Positions 22,793-32,235 of a stretch of 64,000 bases of DNA are shown in pieces. The position numbers were made by a program, and so were the translations under genes. The DNA comes from a phage. A model generated the notes under the pieces. It worked only from the letters and a program-made list of their open reading frames with translations, did not search any database and had not been told where the DNA came from. The stretch is from assembly GCA_012441205.1 (NCBI GenBank), contig GCA_012441205.1_4705.1, one strand, 5' to 3'. Position 1 is the first letter of the stretch, and each line of letters opens with the position of its first letter.

Positions 22793-22847
22793 TCTTTTCG
22801 ATTCCTATTAAAAGTGACCGATTTCTGTGGTCGAGATTGCTAATAAA

Positions 22848-23309
22848 TTAATTCCGGTTTTGTTTCCGTATTGCACGGTTACGTTTACGTTCTTGGTCTT
22901 TGATGGCACCAAGAAACTTCTTTAATTCCGACGGTTCAAGCGTACCCTCACGTACCACACCGTTTTGTTCGATATGGTACGACCAATAACCAACTTCAGC
23001 CGTTAAGGATAACGTTGTCGGCTGCTCATCGGGTAACGATCGGGGTGAGAAAATAAAGAGTAATTCAAAAGGCGTTTCTCGGCTGATGATGGGACGGATA
23101 CTAACATCAAGCCCCTCCCATCGCTGAGGTTTAAATATTCCTCCAGCCGCGACGATTGTCTCCGAGCGTTGTTCTACAAGCTCGGCTAATTCACGATCGT
23201 CATTGAAATAAATATCGTGAAGGATATCCGTATCGATAAAAAACCCGCGATCCGAATCGTGACGAACAATGGAATTCTTCATTCTAACGCCTTTGTTGTT
23301 TGTTTTCAT
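22848..23309 (-). CDS. hypothetical protein
   Basis: 153-aa ORF. Confidence 0.45.
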   Translation of the reverse strand: MKTNNKGVRMKNSIVRHDSDRGFFIDTDILHDIYFNDDRELAELVEQRSETIVAAGGIFKPQRWEGLDVSIRPIISRETPFELLFIFSPRSLPDEQPTTLSLTAEVGYWSYHIEQNGVVREGTLEPSELKKFLGAIKDQERKRNRAIRKQNRN

Positions 23310-23358
23310 GTCCTATACGAACATGAAAAACCGTTAATTTTTACCATAGCCGCATGCG

Positions 23359-23634
23359 TTAAAATTCCACACCGCGACCTGTCATCGACGAAGGAACCGC
23401 TCGATAATAGAAGTAGATGTAATGGTCACGATGGCTAAAATAGTTTTTGCAAGCATAGAACTCTCCAGATCCAATGAATGATTTAATACGTGTAACTTGA
23501 GGGTGTCGTGCGATTAACGCCTGTATGACGATTTCCATTTGGTGTGCGCTCAAGCCTGGTCGAGCTGCAACATGATAATGAAGCTCCCTAAGAAATTGTT
23601 TCCAGGGGTCGTGGTGTGTCGATGATCGAGACAT
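23359..23634 (-). CDS. hypothetical protein
   Basis: 91-aa ORF. Confidence 0.4.
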   Translation of the reverse strand: MSRSSTHHDPWKQFLRELHYHVAARPGLSAHQMEIVIQALIARHPQVTRIKSFIGSGEFYACKNYFSHRDHYIYFYYRAVPSSMTGRGVEF

Positions 23635-23665
23635 CTTTATCTCCTTAACATGTGTTGGTAACGCA

Positions 23666-23690
23666 GCATAAACCCTCCCCGAAGGGAGGG
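23666..23690 (-). terminator. GC hairpin + TTTATGC-type terminator
   Basis: gcataaaccctcccc-gaa-gggaggg. Confidence 0.45.
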
Positions 23691-23700
23691 TGGTTGACGA

Positions 23701-24258
23701 TTACTCCATCCATACTTCTTCGTCGTAATGATTTTCTATCGCATTACGCCAAAAACGTACGGTGTCCAAACTAATCGGTGCGTAAAAATGTTGGTCAACG
23801 CCGACGTTAAGTCCGTTGGCCTTCGCTAACATACAACGATGAATATGCCCGAATAGATTAAAGTAGCCTGGGTTTCTTTCGCTGGGTTTATGGCATAGCC
23901 AGTAGGATTCGTCATTGCTAATCGGCAACACCAACGGATGTTCATAAACAGCAGCAAACCCCATACCGAGCAGTTTATCACGCCACGCTTCGAAGCTTAA
24001 TCCTGTCGCTTTGTATGCGTCTTCGTCCCAATTCCCCATTACCAATTGAACCTGGATATCAGAACGAATGGCTTCAATGAACTCGAACTTGCCCCAATCA
24101 CCCAGATGCCATAACACACTGTTCTTTGGAAGATTGTTGATGGCTTTCAGCATATGCTGGTTCATATCGGCGACGCTTGCGAACGGACGGCGTGAATACG
24201 TCCATGTACGCTCGCTATCAAAATGGGTATCCGACATAAAGAAGATGGGTGGGGTCAT
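23701..24258 (-). CDS. calcineurin-like metallophosphoesterase
   Basis: FFMSDTHFD (DxH), WHLGDWG (GD), later GHIH; 185 aa. Confidence 0.6.
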   Translation of the reverse strand: MTPPIFFMSDTHFDSERTWTYSRRPFASVADMNQHMLKAINNLPKNSVLWHLGDWGKFEFIEAIRSDIQVQLVMGNWDEDAYKATGLSFEAWRDKLLGMGFAAVYEHPLVLPISNDESYWLCHKPSERNPGYFNLFGHIHRCMLAKANGLNVGVDQHFYAPISLDTVRFWRNAIENHYDEEVWME

Positions 24259-24737
24259 TGATCTAATTGCTCCAGAAATGCACGACCCGATTTACTTGCT
24301 TTTAAATGCTGTTCTGCGGAAATAAGCAGAAGATCGGTTGGCGTGAACGCAGCGCTACCTTTCCACTCTGTTTTCAGTTTACCCTCTTCGATACTGAACT
24401 GAATCAGTTGTTGGGTACCGAAGTTAAGCGTGTTCGTCGCGGCGCTAAATACGCCACCCATCATGCTGTAACCAAAGACTTTCACGTTTTCCGTGTAGAA
24501 GTCATTGTCGATCAATTTGTTCTGGAGCTCGAGTTGGTCGGACGGCAGCAATCCTCCGTCAAAGACACTTAAAATACCAGCCAGGCGATACATACTCACC
24601 TTTCCTGAAACGCCCACCACGTAATTGCCGTACAGTGTTTCTTCCAGTTTAGCAACAACGGTGCGATCGTCGGAGGTTTTCATCGAAACCTCAATACCAT
24701 CACCAACTTCTGTTAACGTTAAATCAACGATACTCAT
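24255..24737 (-). CDS. hypothetical protein
   Basis: 160-aa ORF. Confidence 0.45.
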   Translation of the reverse strand: MSIVDLTLTEVGDGIEVSMKTSDDRTVVAKLEETLYGNYVVGVSGKVSMYRLAGILSVFDGGLLPSDQLELQNKLIDNDFYTENVKVFGYSMMGGVFSAATNTLNFGTQQLIQFSIEEGKLKTEWKGSAAFTPTDLLLISAEQHLKASKSGRAFLEQLDQ

Positions 24738-24759
24738 TCATTATTCTCCGCTTTCATGT

Positions 24760-25446
24760 TTAACACATGATTTCACCATGTTTCTTTTCAACATACGTAT
24801 AAACATCATCCAAATAAGCAATGAGTTTATCACGATCCGCACAGAGCGATTTAATCATCGCAATCTCTTTCATATAAAGCTGCTGACCTAACGCCGGATA
24901 GGTAATCCAAGCGTAGCCGTCAGGCGCAAATTTAGAAATAAGATAATCGGCGGTTTCCTGTAATGCGAACTCTTTGCTCATCTGGCCGTAACGATGTTCG
25001 ATTGCACGGATACCAAAACGTTCGCTATCGAGACGGCCCATATCCGCCAGACGAAGCACTTGAGAGGCAACCGAACTACGTGGACCAGAATACGAGGCAC
25101 GATGTTCAGCAATAAGTACGCGTATCTCCTCGATGTCTTCCGGTGTGAAAATATGCTGCTCGTTACGAAGCAGGATAACCGATGCACGAATACCCCCGAT
25201 AAGGTGGTGGTATGTTCTGTTTTCGTGGCAAGCGATATCATGCATAAATGCAGCGGTTAATAGACGACGACGTTCCGTGGGTCTGATGATCCCAACCACA
25301 TCAGCAAGTTCATTTGCCAGTTCAACAACGGCAAGCACATGTTCTTCTTGATGTGCAAGATCGTTCTTCCGAATATTTTCAATTACTTCAGCGCGAGTTT
25401 CCCGAGATAAGAAATTTAAACAATCCAACGAATATAAAGATTTCAT
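24760..25446 (-). CDS. HD-domain phosphohydrolase-like protein
   Basis: H...HD pattern (HVLAVVELA...AAFMHDIACHE). Confidence 0.45.
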   Translation of the reverse strand: MKSLYSLDCLNFLSRETRAEVIENIRKNDLAHQEEHVLAVVELANELADVVGIIRPTERRRLLTAAFMHDIACHENRTYHHLIGGIRASVILLRNEQHIFTPEDIEEIRVLIAEHRASYSGPRSSVASQVLRLADMGRLDSERFGIRAIEHRYGQMSKEFALQETADYLISKFAPDGYAWITYPALGQQLYMKEIAMIKSLCADRDKLIAYLDDVYTYVEKKHGEIMC

Positions 25447-25491
25447 TGCACGTACCTCTTTGAATCTATTAATAAATTTTCTTTACTCACG

Positions 25492-25511
25492 TAAGTAATA
25501 TAGCCGTGAAA
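25492..25511 (-). promoter_or_regulatory. early-promoter-like motif TTTCACGGCTATATTACTTA (minus strand)
   Basis: One of four near-identical copies, each 50-100 bp upstream of a minus-strand start codon. Confidence 0.45.
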
Positions 25512-25654
25512 GGATTTGTGTTGGTCCGTTTCGATACCCATCGTATTTTATGGATTGTCGAATGACGTCATTTTAAGGGACATCCCCGGCCTCCTCCCCA
25601 GGAAAGGTGTGGGGAGGAGTTTTTATCATACATTCTATTAAATCGAGCGCGATT

Positions 25655-27736
25655 ATGTTGGATAGAATCAATCGTTTAATGAACCGAATAGCGGTTAAAA
25701 ATCAGAGTAACAATACCGTGCATATCGGGGGTATCGATGCCTGGCGTCTTTCAGATGACATTCAGCGAATATGGGGTACCTCCCGATTTATGAAACACAT
25801 GTTTCGTAATTTCTCTTCCAGTGGTCTCAGTCTCCACAACTTTTACCTTCCCGATTTCGTTTATATTCTCGAAACGATCATCGAGGCAAAGAATACTCGC
25901 AGTAATAAACGCATGCTGAAACACCTTATTGAGGTACTGCTGCAGGAAACCTGGTTGCAAAATACCACAATCGAGCAACCTGCAATCCTCGATAAAGCAC
26001 GCATGAACAAAATGCTAACGCTCTCCCTGTTCGATTATCAAGATGAGTTTATCGACATCTATAACCGTAACGTACCTAAATATCGACTGAAAGGATACGT
26101 GTGTGCGATGGGTGCGGGTGCCGGTAAAACAATCACCGCGTTGGCTTTAAGCGCCGCAATGAACGTCGACGTATTTGTGGTCTGCTGTCCTAAGAACACC
26201 ATGCGTTCAGCATGGCAATCCGATGTAAACAAAGCCATCGTTGACCCCGCAACAGAAACCGCATTCTGGTCAGATACAATGCCACCGTCACAGCTGCAGA
26301 AAAGCGATAAGTATTATTTTCTGCATTACGAGTCGATGGGTTTATTAAACGATGTAATGATCAAGCATAAACGCACCGCGAAGCGCGTGTTGATCGTGGT
26401 TGATGAAAGCCATAACTTCAACGACAAGAACAGCCAACGTTCCCAACGACTGGTTGATCTCGTACAGACGATGCGTCAGACCATGAATGCGGATGTGCAT
26501 GTCTTGTTTATGTCGGGTACGCCCGTTAAACAGATGGGTTCTGAGATGATCCCCTGTTTAGGTTGTATTGACCCGATGTTCCAAGGACAGGTGGTCGATA
26601 GCTTCAAAGCAATTTACGGTTTAACCAGCAGCCGCGCTAACGATATCCTCAGACATCGTCTTGGGTTCATGATGCATGTTGTACCTAAAGAGGCTTATCG
26701 TAAAACCCGGCCGGAAGTTCAGGACGTTTACGTGAAGCTCCCTAACGGTAGCGATTATACCATCTCGAGTATCCGCGACGACATGGCGATATTCGTACGC
26801 GATCGGGCGAAGTATTACAAGGATAACTGGGGGCATTACAGAAAGATTTTTGATGACGCCTTGGACTACTATCGTAAGACTATTCGTACCGATGGTGAAC
26901 GTAAAGAGCTATCTCGATACGAATCGATTGTTGCTCGTTTCCAGAAAGGTTACGACCCCGTCAGAGACAAAGAAGATGCGATGTTCTGCAACGCGTTTGA
27001 AAAACGTTCTATTATGCCGGTTCTTCCTTCTGATTTAAGGGTTGCTTTCAAAGACGCCAAGAGCGTCATCAAGTACGTTGGGTTGAAAATTCAGGGTGAA
27101 GCGTTGGCGCGTGTTCTAGGTGCAGCCCGCATTCGGTGTCATGTCGACATGGTGGAGTACATCGACTTCGAAGGGTACATCAATAACGCTGAAGCCAAGG
27201 TGTTGATCTTCACGTCGTACGTTCAGGTGGTTGAGCGTGTCGACAACATGCTTCGCGATGCCGGTTTCTTACCGGAACCCATTTACGGGAAGACCAACAA
27301 GAACATCAACCAGATACTTGCTCGCTTACGCGATGATCCTGACAGCGGTCCCGCTATCGCAACATTTGATAGCTTAGCCGAAGGGGTTCCGATGTTGATG
27401 TGTAACGTGGGTCTCTTCTTGAACAACCCATGGCGTTCATCCGATGAAATCCAAGCCATCAGCCGTCTCGATCGTGTAGGGCAAACGCAACCTGTTCGGA
27501 TTTATCGTTTCATGTTAGATACAGGAAGCGAGGGTAACGTTTCTACACGTAGCCACGAAATCATGGAGTTAAGTCGACAGCTTGTTGAAGAAATCACAGG
27601 CGTCAAATACGTGGTGAACAAGCAAGATGCTGTTAACTTGCAGGAAACGTTGGCGATGGAAGGATACGATCAATACGTTACCGTAAACACCACGGAATAC
27701 GATATTAAACCACGACCTGCGTTCTTGGAATGGTGA
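25655..27736 (+). CDS. SNF2-family helicase/ATPase
   Basis: Walker A GAGAGKT, motif II VVDESHNF, motif III FMSGTPV; start set to ATG 25655 (ORF track GTG at 25607 lies inside a hairpin). Confidence 0.7.
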   Translation: MLDRINRLMNRIAVKNQSNNTVHIGGIDAWRLSDDIQRIWGTSRFMKHMFRNFSSSGLSLHNFYLPDFVYILETIIEAKNTRSNKRMLKHLIEVLLQETWLQNTTIEQPAILDKARMNKMLTLSLFDYQDEFIDIYNRNVPKYRLKGYVCAMGAGAGKTITALALSAAMNVDVFVVCCPKNTMRSAWQSDVNKAIVDPATETAFWSDTMPPSQLQKSDKYYFLHYESMGLLNDVMIKHKRTAKRVLIVVDESHNFNDKNSQRSQRLVDLVQTMRQTMNADVHVLFMSGTPVKQMGSEMIPCLGCIDPMFQGQVVDSFKAIYGLTSSRANDILRHRLGFMMHVVPKEAYRKTRPEVQDVYVKLPNGSDYTISSIRDDMAIFVRDRAKYYKDNWGHYRKIFDDALDYYRKTIRTDGERKELSRYESIVARFQKGYDPVRDKEDAMFCNAFEKRSIMPVLPSDLRVAFKDAKSVIKYVGLKIQGEALARVLGAARIRCHVDMVEYIDFEGYINNAEAKVLIFTSYVQVVERVDNMLRDAGFLPEPIYGKTNKNINQILARLRDDPDSGPAIATFDSLAEGVPMLMCNVGLFLNNPWRSSDEIQAISRLDRVGQTQPVRIYRFMLDTGSEGNVSTRSHEIMELSRQLVEEITGVKYVVNKQDAVNLQETLAMEGYDQYVTVNTTEYDIKPRPAFLEW

Positions 27737-27743
27737 TTAAGAA

Positions 27744-27775
27744 GCTCTGCCTGATGTCAGGCAGAGCTTTATGCT
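27744..27775 (+). terminator. rho-independent-type terminator (11-bp perfect stem + TTTATGC)
   Basis: gctctgcctga-tg-tcaggcagagc then tttatgc, directly after the helicase stop. Confidence 0.55.
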
Positions 27776-27836
27776 GTATTTGTTGCAAGATCGTATGACG
27801 TATATGCGTCGTAATTATTAAAATAGGGCAAAATAC

Positions 27837-29291
27837 ATGAAACTCAAACAAAGCTGGAAAGACGAACTTCTCGCGTTAGTAAACAGCAAAAACAGTTTAC
27901 AACTGACATTAGACGATGTAAAATTTGAACTAACGGCACCGGTAAGCGAAGTGCCTGGAACGGTCGTTGTTACAATCAAACCGAACGATAATAGTCGCTA
28001 CTTTAACGAGCAGTCTCTGACCTACATCCGTCGAGACATCGCTAAAAACTTCACCGGGATCCCGTTACGGGTTATCGTTAAGCAAGATACCGCTGTAAGG
28101 GATATCATCAATACGATTGCTGAACGTTACGGATTGGTATTTGACACAGCCGTCGACTTCCTCGAATCCGAGCTGAATAAACAAATTACGTTCGCAGACA
28201 CCGGTATTAAAGACATTACGGTTCCGGTTGCAAACACGTCTTATGTTTGGGCGGGTAATCTTCAGTTCAATATTGCTAACGATACGTTAAGCTTGATTAC
28301 TATCATCAAGAAAACCGATCTTACGAATCTGGTTTATCTGGATGGTGTTGAAGCTGACACATCTGGTTCGTTACTATTAGCAACCGCAGCACTTGTTAAC
28401 GAACACGTAAATGAACCGATGGTTGAAAACGAAGATATCGTTAATGAATTTATTAACGTTCTTAATACTCTAGCCAAATATGGTGACATAACCGGCGATG
28501 AATTAGATGCCGCCTTACAAGCGTACGATGAAGCAGAAAACAGGAATAAAACCACGGTAATAACTCTTGGTGATATCCAGTGTGTTGCAACAGAAAAAGA
28601 CGATTGGGAAATTGGACGTTTACGCGGTCAGATGGTTCTCGCGCTCAAATCCGATAAATACCCGGAGCCCGATAACACGTTCAGGTTGTTTACGAATGGT
28701 GGTGACGTATCGCTAACGTTAAACACAATGAAAGATATAAGTATCGATTGGGGTGATGGGAATAAAGTAACGTTGGATGCTGAAGAAAGATACGCGCACC
28801 ACACATACGCCGACAATAACCAGTACCAAATCGAAATTGTGTCTCGTACGGACCCAGATGTGCTGCGACCAAATTATATTTCTGGGAGTGAGATAACCGA
28901 AGTAATTCACTGGGCTACTACTTCAACAATAGCTCTGAATTTTGTTGGATGCGATAATTTAGCGACTGTTCCAGATGAGATCCCAACTTCGTGGACAACG
29001 TTGGACAGCATGTTTGAAAGTTGTACGAATTTGAATGATCCGTCTATCTCTAACTGGAATACAAGTAACATCACATCAATGAATGGTATGTTCGGCGGAT
29101 GCACTAAATTTAACCAACCTTTAGCTGCCTGGGATGTCAGCTCAGTAACTGACATTGGTGGTATGTTTAACGGATGCAACAGTTTTAACCAAGATTTAAG
29201 TGGGTGGCGATTACCGTCAGGAGTAACCCACGACAATTACGATAGTGGTGCTTTCTCGTGGCAGACGGAACATAAACCGACGTTCCAGTAA
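27837..29291 (+). CDS. DUF285-type repeat protein, possible adhesin or tail-fibre-like
   Basis: C-terminal repeats FESCTNLNDPSISNWNTSNITSMNGMFGGCTKFNQPLAAWDVSSVTDIGGMFNGCNSFNQDLSGW match the DUF285 repeat pattern. Confidence 0.5.
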   Translation: MKLKQSWKDELLALVNSKNSLQLTLDDVKFELTAPVSEVPGTVVVTIKPNDNSRYFNEQSLTYIRRDIAKNFTGIPLRVIVKQDTAVRDIINTIAERYGLVFDTAVDFLESELNKQITFADTGIKDITVPVANTSYVWAGNLQFNIANDTLSLITIIKKTDLTNLVYLDGVEADTSGSLLLATAALVNEHVNEPMVENEDIVNEFINVLNTLAKYGDITGDELDAALQAYDEAENRNKTTVITLGDIQCVATEKDDWEIGRLRGQMVLALKSDKYPEPDNTFRLFTNGGDVSLTLNTMKDISIDWGDGNKVTLDAEERYAHHTYADNNQYQIEIVSRTDPDVLRPNYISGSEITEVIHWATTSTIALNFVGCDNLATVPDEIPTSWTTLDSMFESCTNLNDPSISNWNTSNITSMNGMFGGCTKFNQPLAAWDVSSVTDIGGMFNGCNSFNQDLSGWRLPSGVTHDNYDSGAFSWQTEHKPTFQ

Positions 29292-29312
29292 AAAAAAAAA
29301 TAGTTAGCATAT

Positions 29313-29351
29313 CTTCCTCCCTACCCATAACGGGCGGGGAGGAAGGTTTTA
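29313..29351 (+). terminator. bidirectional terminator hairpin
   Basis: cttcctccc...gggaggaagg followed by TTTTA; preceded by an A-run; sits between convergent genes. Confidence 0.5.
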
Positions 29352-29363
29352 TGGCGTTATGAC

Positions 29364-29702
29364 TTAGAACCAGAGTTCTTTCATGAAGTAGGCTTCCGTA
29401 TCGTAGATAAGCCACCCATCGGGGATTTCTAAAGGATCGTCTTCGGTTAAGGTGAGCATGTGCAGGGCGAACGCACGCTTAATATCTTCCAACAGCTTAT
29501 CATCACCGTAACCTTCGGGTAGTTTACGGTCAGCCAGCTGAGTTTGTTTATAGACATCGCGGAACGCTTCAGGATTATGTTTATCCATCGGGAATTGTTC
29601 AGCAGCCTGAACCATCGAAAGCGTCCAGCTTACAACATTGTAACGCTCACCGTTAATTTCACTGAACTGATCATCGATTAAACAGATTTGTTGTATATTC
29701 AT
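29364..29702 (-). CDS. hypothetical protein
   Basis: 112-aa ORF. Confidence 0.4.
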   Translation of the reverse strand: MNIQQICLIDDQFSEINGERYNVVSWTLSMVQAAEQFPMDKHNPEAFRDVYKQTQLADRKLPEGYGDDKLLEDIKRAFALHMLTLTEDDPLEIPDGWLIYDTEAYFMKELWF

Positions 29703-30592
29703 TCATTTTCTCCATTCTTATCTTGGTCGCAATCACACTCTTCGACGTCTTTCTTACTTAAACGTAAGACACCGAGTGCGGCATGCTTGAGTTCTTGCAA
29801 CGCGCTTTTCAGCTGACCTTCTTCATCGAAATCAAAATACTTCTCGTTGTAGCTTAATGCTGGAATCATATTTACGAGAGGCTCGATGGCAGGCATCAAC
29901 ATTTCGATGACGACCTTAGGATCAACAAAGCGATCGAACCCTTCAGGAAGTTTGCTCGCTACAACCTTATCGTTCTTGATGAAGAATTTGTTCTTGAACA
30001 AATCGTCAAGAATAGCGTTCTCTTCATCCGTACGTTTTGCGTGGGGACGATCGATCATCTGAACGAAAACACCACTCAACGCTTCAGGCAAAGTCGGATT
30101 TTCACGAAGAGAAGTTCCAGCCGGAATTTCAATATCGATCTTTGCCCACTCAACAACCTGGTGATCTCGTGTGTAGATAACGTCTACTTCCCACGCCAGG
30201 CCGTCCGGACTTTCCACGGTGTAACGTGTTTTCGCTTGACCTTCCGGAGCCATACGCTCAATGGCATCAAACATCTCGACTGGAATTTCTACCTCGCTTT
30301 CCGTTGCATCACCTGGACCACGATACACCTTCGTGGTCATGATGTATTTCGGTTCTTCGTTATCGATCTGTATAGCTCGTGCTCGTACTTGACCTTTCAC
30401 ACCACCAACGGCCGTGTTATCAAACAACCATTGATGTTGCACCATATGTTCAATTTTTGATGCTACTTGACGAAGACGTTCAACACCATCCTCAGCCAGT
30501 TTGCCAAAGAAGACCAACTCACGTTCCTGCTGTGTCTCACCACTTAACATCATTAAATTGGCGATTTGTTTCACGCCTCTTACTTTTGACAT
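29699..30592 (-). CDS. hypothetical protein
   Basis: 297-aa ORF. Confidence 0.5.
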   Translation of the reverse strand: MSKVRGVKQIANLMMLSGETQQERELVFFGKLAEDGVERLRQVASKIEHMVQHQWLFDNTAVGGVKGQVRARAIQIDNEEPKYIMTTKVYRGPGDATESEVEIPVEMFDAIERMAPEGQAKTRYTVESPDGLAWEVDVIYTRDHQVVEWAKIDIEIPAGTSLRENPTLPEALSGVFVQMIDRPHAKRTDEENAILDDLFKNKFFIKNDKVVASKLPEGFDRFVDPKVVIEMLMPAIEPLVNMIPALSYNEKYFDFDEEGQLKSALQELKHAALGVLRLSKKDVEECDCDQDKNGENE

Positions 30593-30660
30593 ACATGCTC
30601 CGGTTATAAGGGCCTGCTTCGAGGCCCTTCATTGATTTTTGATTCCACCAAACGCTATCG

Positions 30661-32235
30661 TTACAATTCAAAATCTTCATCGATAACGCGCTGGGTAAGC
30701 ACTTTGTCGCTGAAGAACTCCACCTTGCGCTGATGGTATTTACGATGTGCTTCTATCGAAGTACATACCAGATACCAGAACGTTGGTGTCATTCCTTCAA
30801 ACTTCCCTTTCAGCTGACGTAGCCGTCCCAACACCTGAATGTTACCGGTTCGTGACCCCATCGCTAACGTCATGAACGTCATCACCAAGTCAGGAAGGTC
30901 GATGCCCGTACCTGCCGATTTCACGGTTGTAACGCTAATATCGTTATCCAACAAGACCATGAAATCTTCTTCAGCAGTATAAGGACCAATCTCTAACTCA
31001 GGAATACGTTCACTGAGATAATGCGACAACGACTTACACATATCGACGGTTGCACAATACACCAGCATCTTCATACCTTCCTGATACTGGTTCATGAAAC
31101 CTTTGATTATAACGGTATAGATGAAGTTAAAGTACGCGAGTTTGAGTTGCTTGTTCTTCATGATAGACTGTTCGAATATCGTGTGAGAATAAGAACCCCC
31201 AAAGCCTTTGTATCTGACTTTATCTGTACTGCGTAGTCGATACGTCACGGCATTTACCGCAATGTATTTCTTGTATTCGCATTTCGCATAACGTGCTTCT
31301 TTCGGATACATCAAATACAACATCCGCTCGATGAACGGATCGTCGGACACCGCCGTTGCTGACAGATAGATGATTTCCGGAATATTCGCGTAGCACTTCA
31401 CTTTGAACAAGAAATGCAAAGCTTCGTGACATTCGTCATGGATTAACAACCCAATGCCTGTTTTCTCCCAGAACTCGACTGGATGGAAAACATACGGTGC
31501 GACACAGTTGTTCTTTTCATAATCGGTTATGTATCTCTGAAACATGTTCAGTGAGAATAACGCAATTTTGAAATCCAGCTCACCTTGTTCCACCAACATC
31601 TGGAATTCCAGCATGCTGTAACGAGGAATGTCGGGATGCGGTGGGTCAGATTGGGCTGTACCGCGTATCTCGATAACATCACCTGGTTCCATACCGAAGA
31701 AACTTAGCAACGAGCTGCGCCATCCAGGCATGTATCTCGGTGACAGAATAATGCCCGTCCGTACACCACGTCGGAAAGTGATCTCCTGCGACATGGCTGT
31801 TTTACCACTGCCCGTGCCTGCGGTGTTTAGGCTCATTCTGAAGGGGGTATCCTTACCCCCGTCCATGTACTCCAACCATTCTTGCTGATCTTGACGCCAT
31901 GGAAACTTCCATTTCTTTACGAACTCCACTTCTTTACCTGGTACCGGATCGTGATAGACGATTTCCAACCACTCTTTTCGTATCCCTCGAGAAAAGATAA
32001 AATCCAAAAACGATTTCAACTGTTCACGGAGTAAGTATACCTCGCTATAATCGCTTCTTGCCGCGGCATACGTGTTTATGGTATCGGTAACCATTCTCCG
32101 TGTACGAGGATCGCGTCGTTTCCTCAGATGCAAACAACGGTCTCGAAGGTAATGGCCGATAAGATGGGCAAATCGAAGTCCGTATCCGCTCAGCCTCATG
32201 CCGTGCGAGAAGACGTCGATACGAGCTAACTTCAT
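30661..32235 (-). CDS. SF2 DEAH-box helicase
   Basis: Walker A NTAGTGSGKT, motif II HDECH, motif III SAT, motif V/VI TVKSAGTGIDLP. Confidence 0.7.
   Translation of the reverse strand: MKLARIDVFSHGMRLSGYGLRFAHLIGHYLRDRCLHLRKRRDPRTRRMVTDTINTYAAARSDYSEVYLLREQLKSFLDFIFSRGIRKEWLEIVYHDPVPGKEVEFVKKWKFPWRQDQQEWLEYMDGGKDTPFRMSLNTAGTGSGKTAMSQEITFRRGVRTGIILSPRYMPGWRSSLLSFFGMEPGDVIEIRGTAQSDPPHPDIPRYSMLEFQMLVEQGELDFKIALFSLNMFQRYITDYEKNNCVAPYVFHPVEFWEKTGIGLLIHDECHEALHFLFKVKCYANIPEIIYLSATAVSDDPFIERMLYLMYPKEARYAKCEYKKYIAVNAVTYRLRSTDKVRYKGFGGSYSHTIFEQSIMKNKQLKLAYFNFIYTVIIKGFMNQYQEGMKMLVYCATVDMCKSLSHYLSERIPELEIGPYTAEEDFMVLLDNDISVTTVKSAGTGIDLPDLVMTFMTLAMGSRTGNIQVLGRLRQLKGKFEGMTPTFWYLVCTSIEAHRKYHQRKVEFFSDKVLTQRVIDEDFEL

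Noticed and set aside
25607-25654. GTG-initiated N-terminal extension of the SNF2 helicase
   Set aside because: The GTG lies inside the 25580-25625 hairpin; the ATG at 25655 is the more plausible start. TTG-initiated extensions at 4372 and 50568 were rejected similarly.
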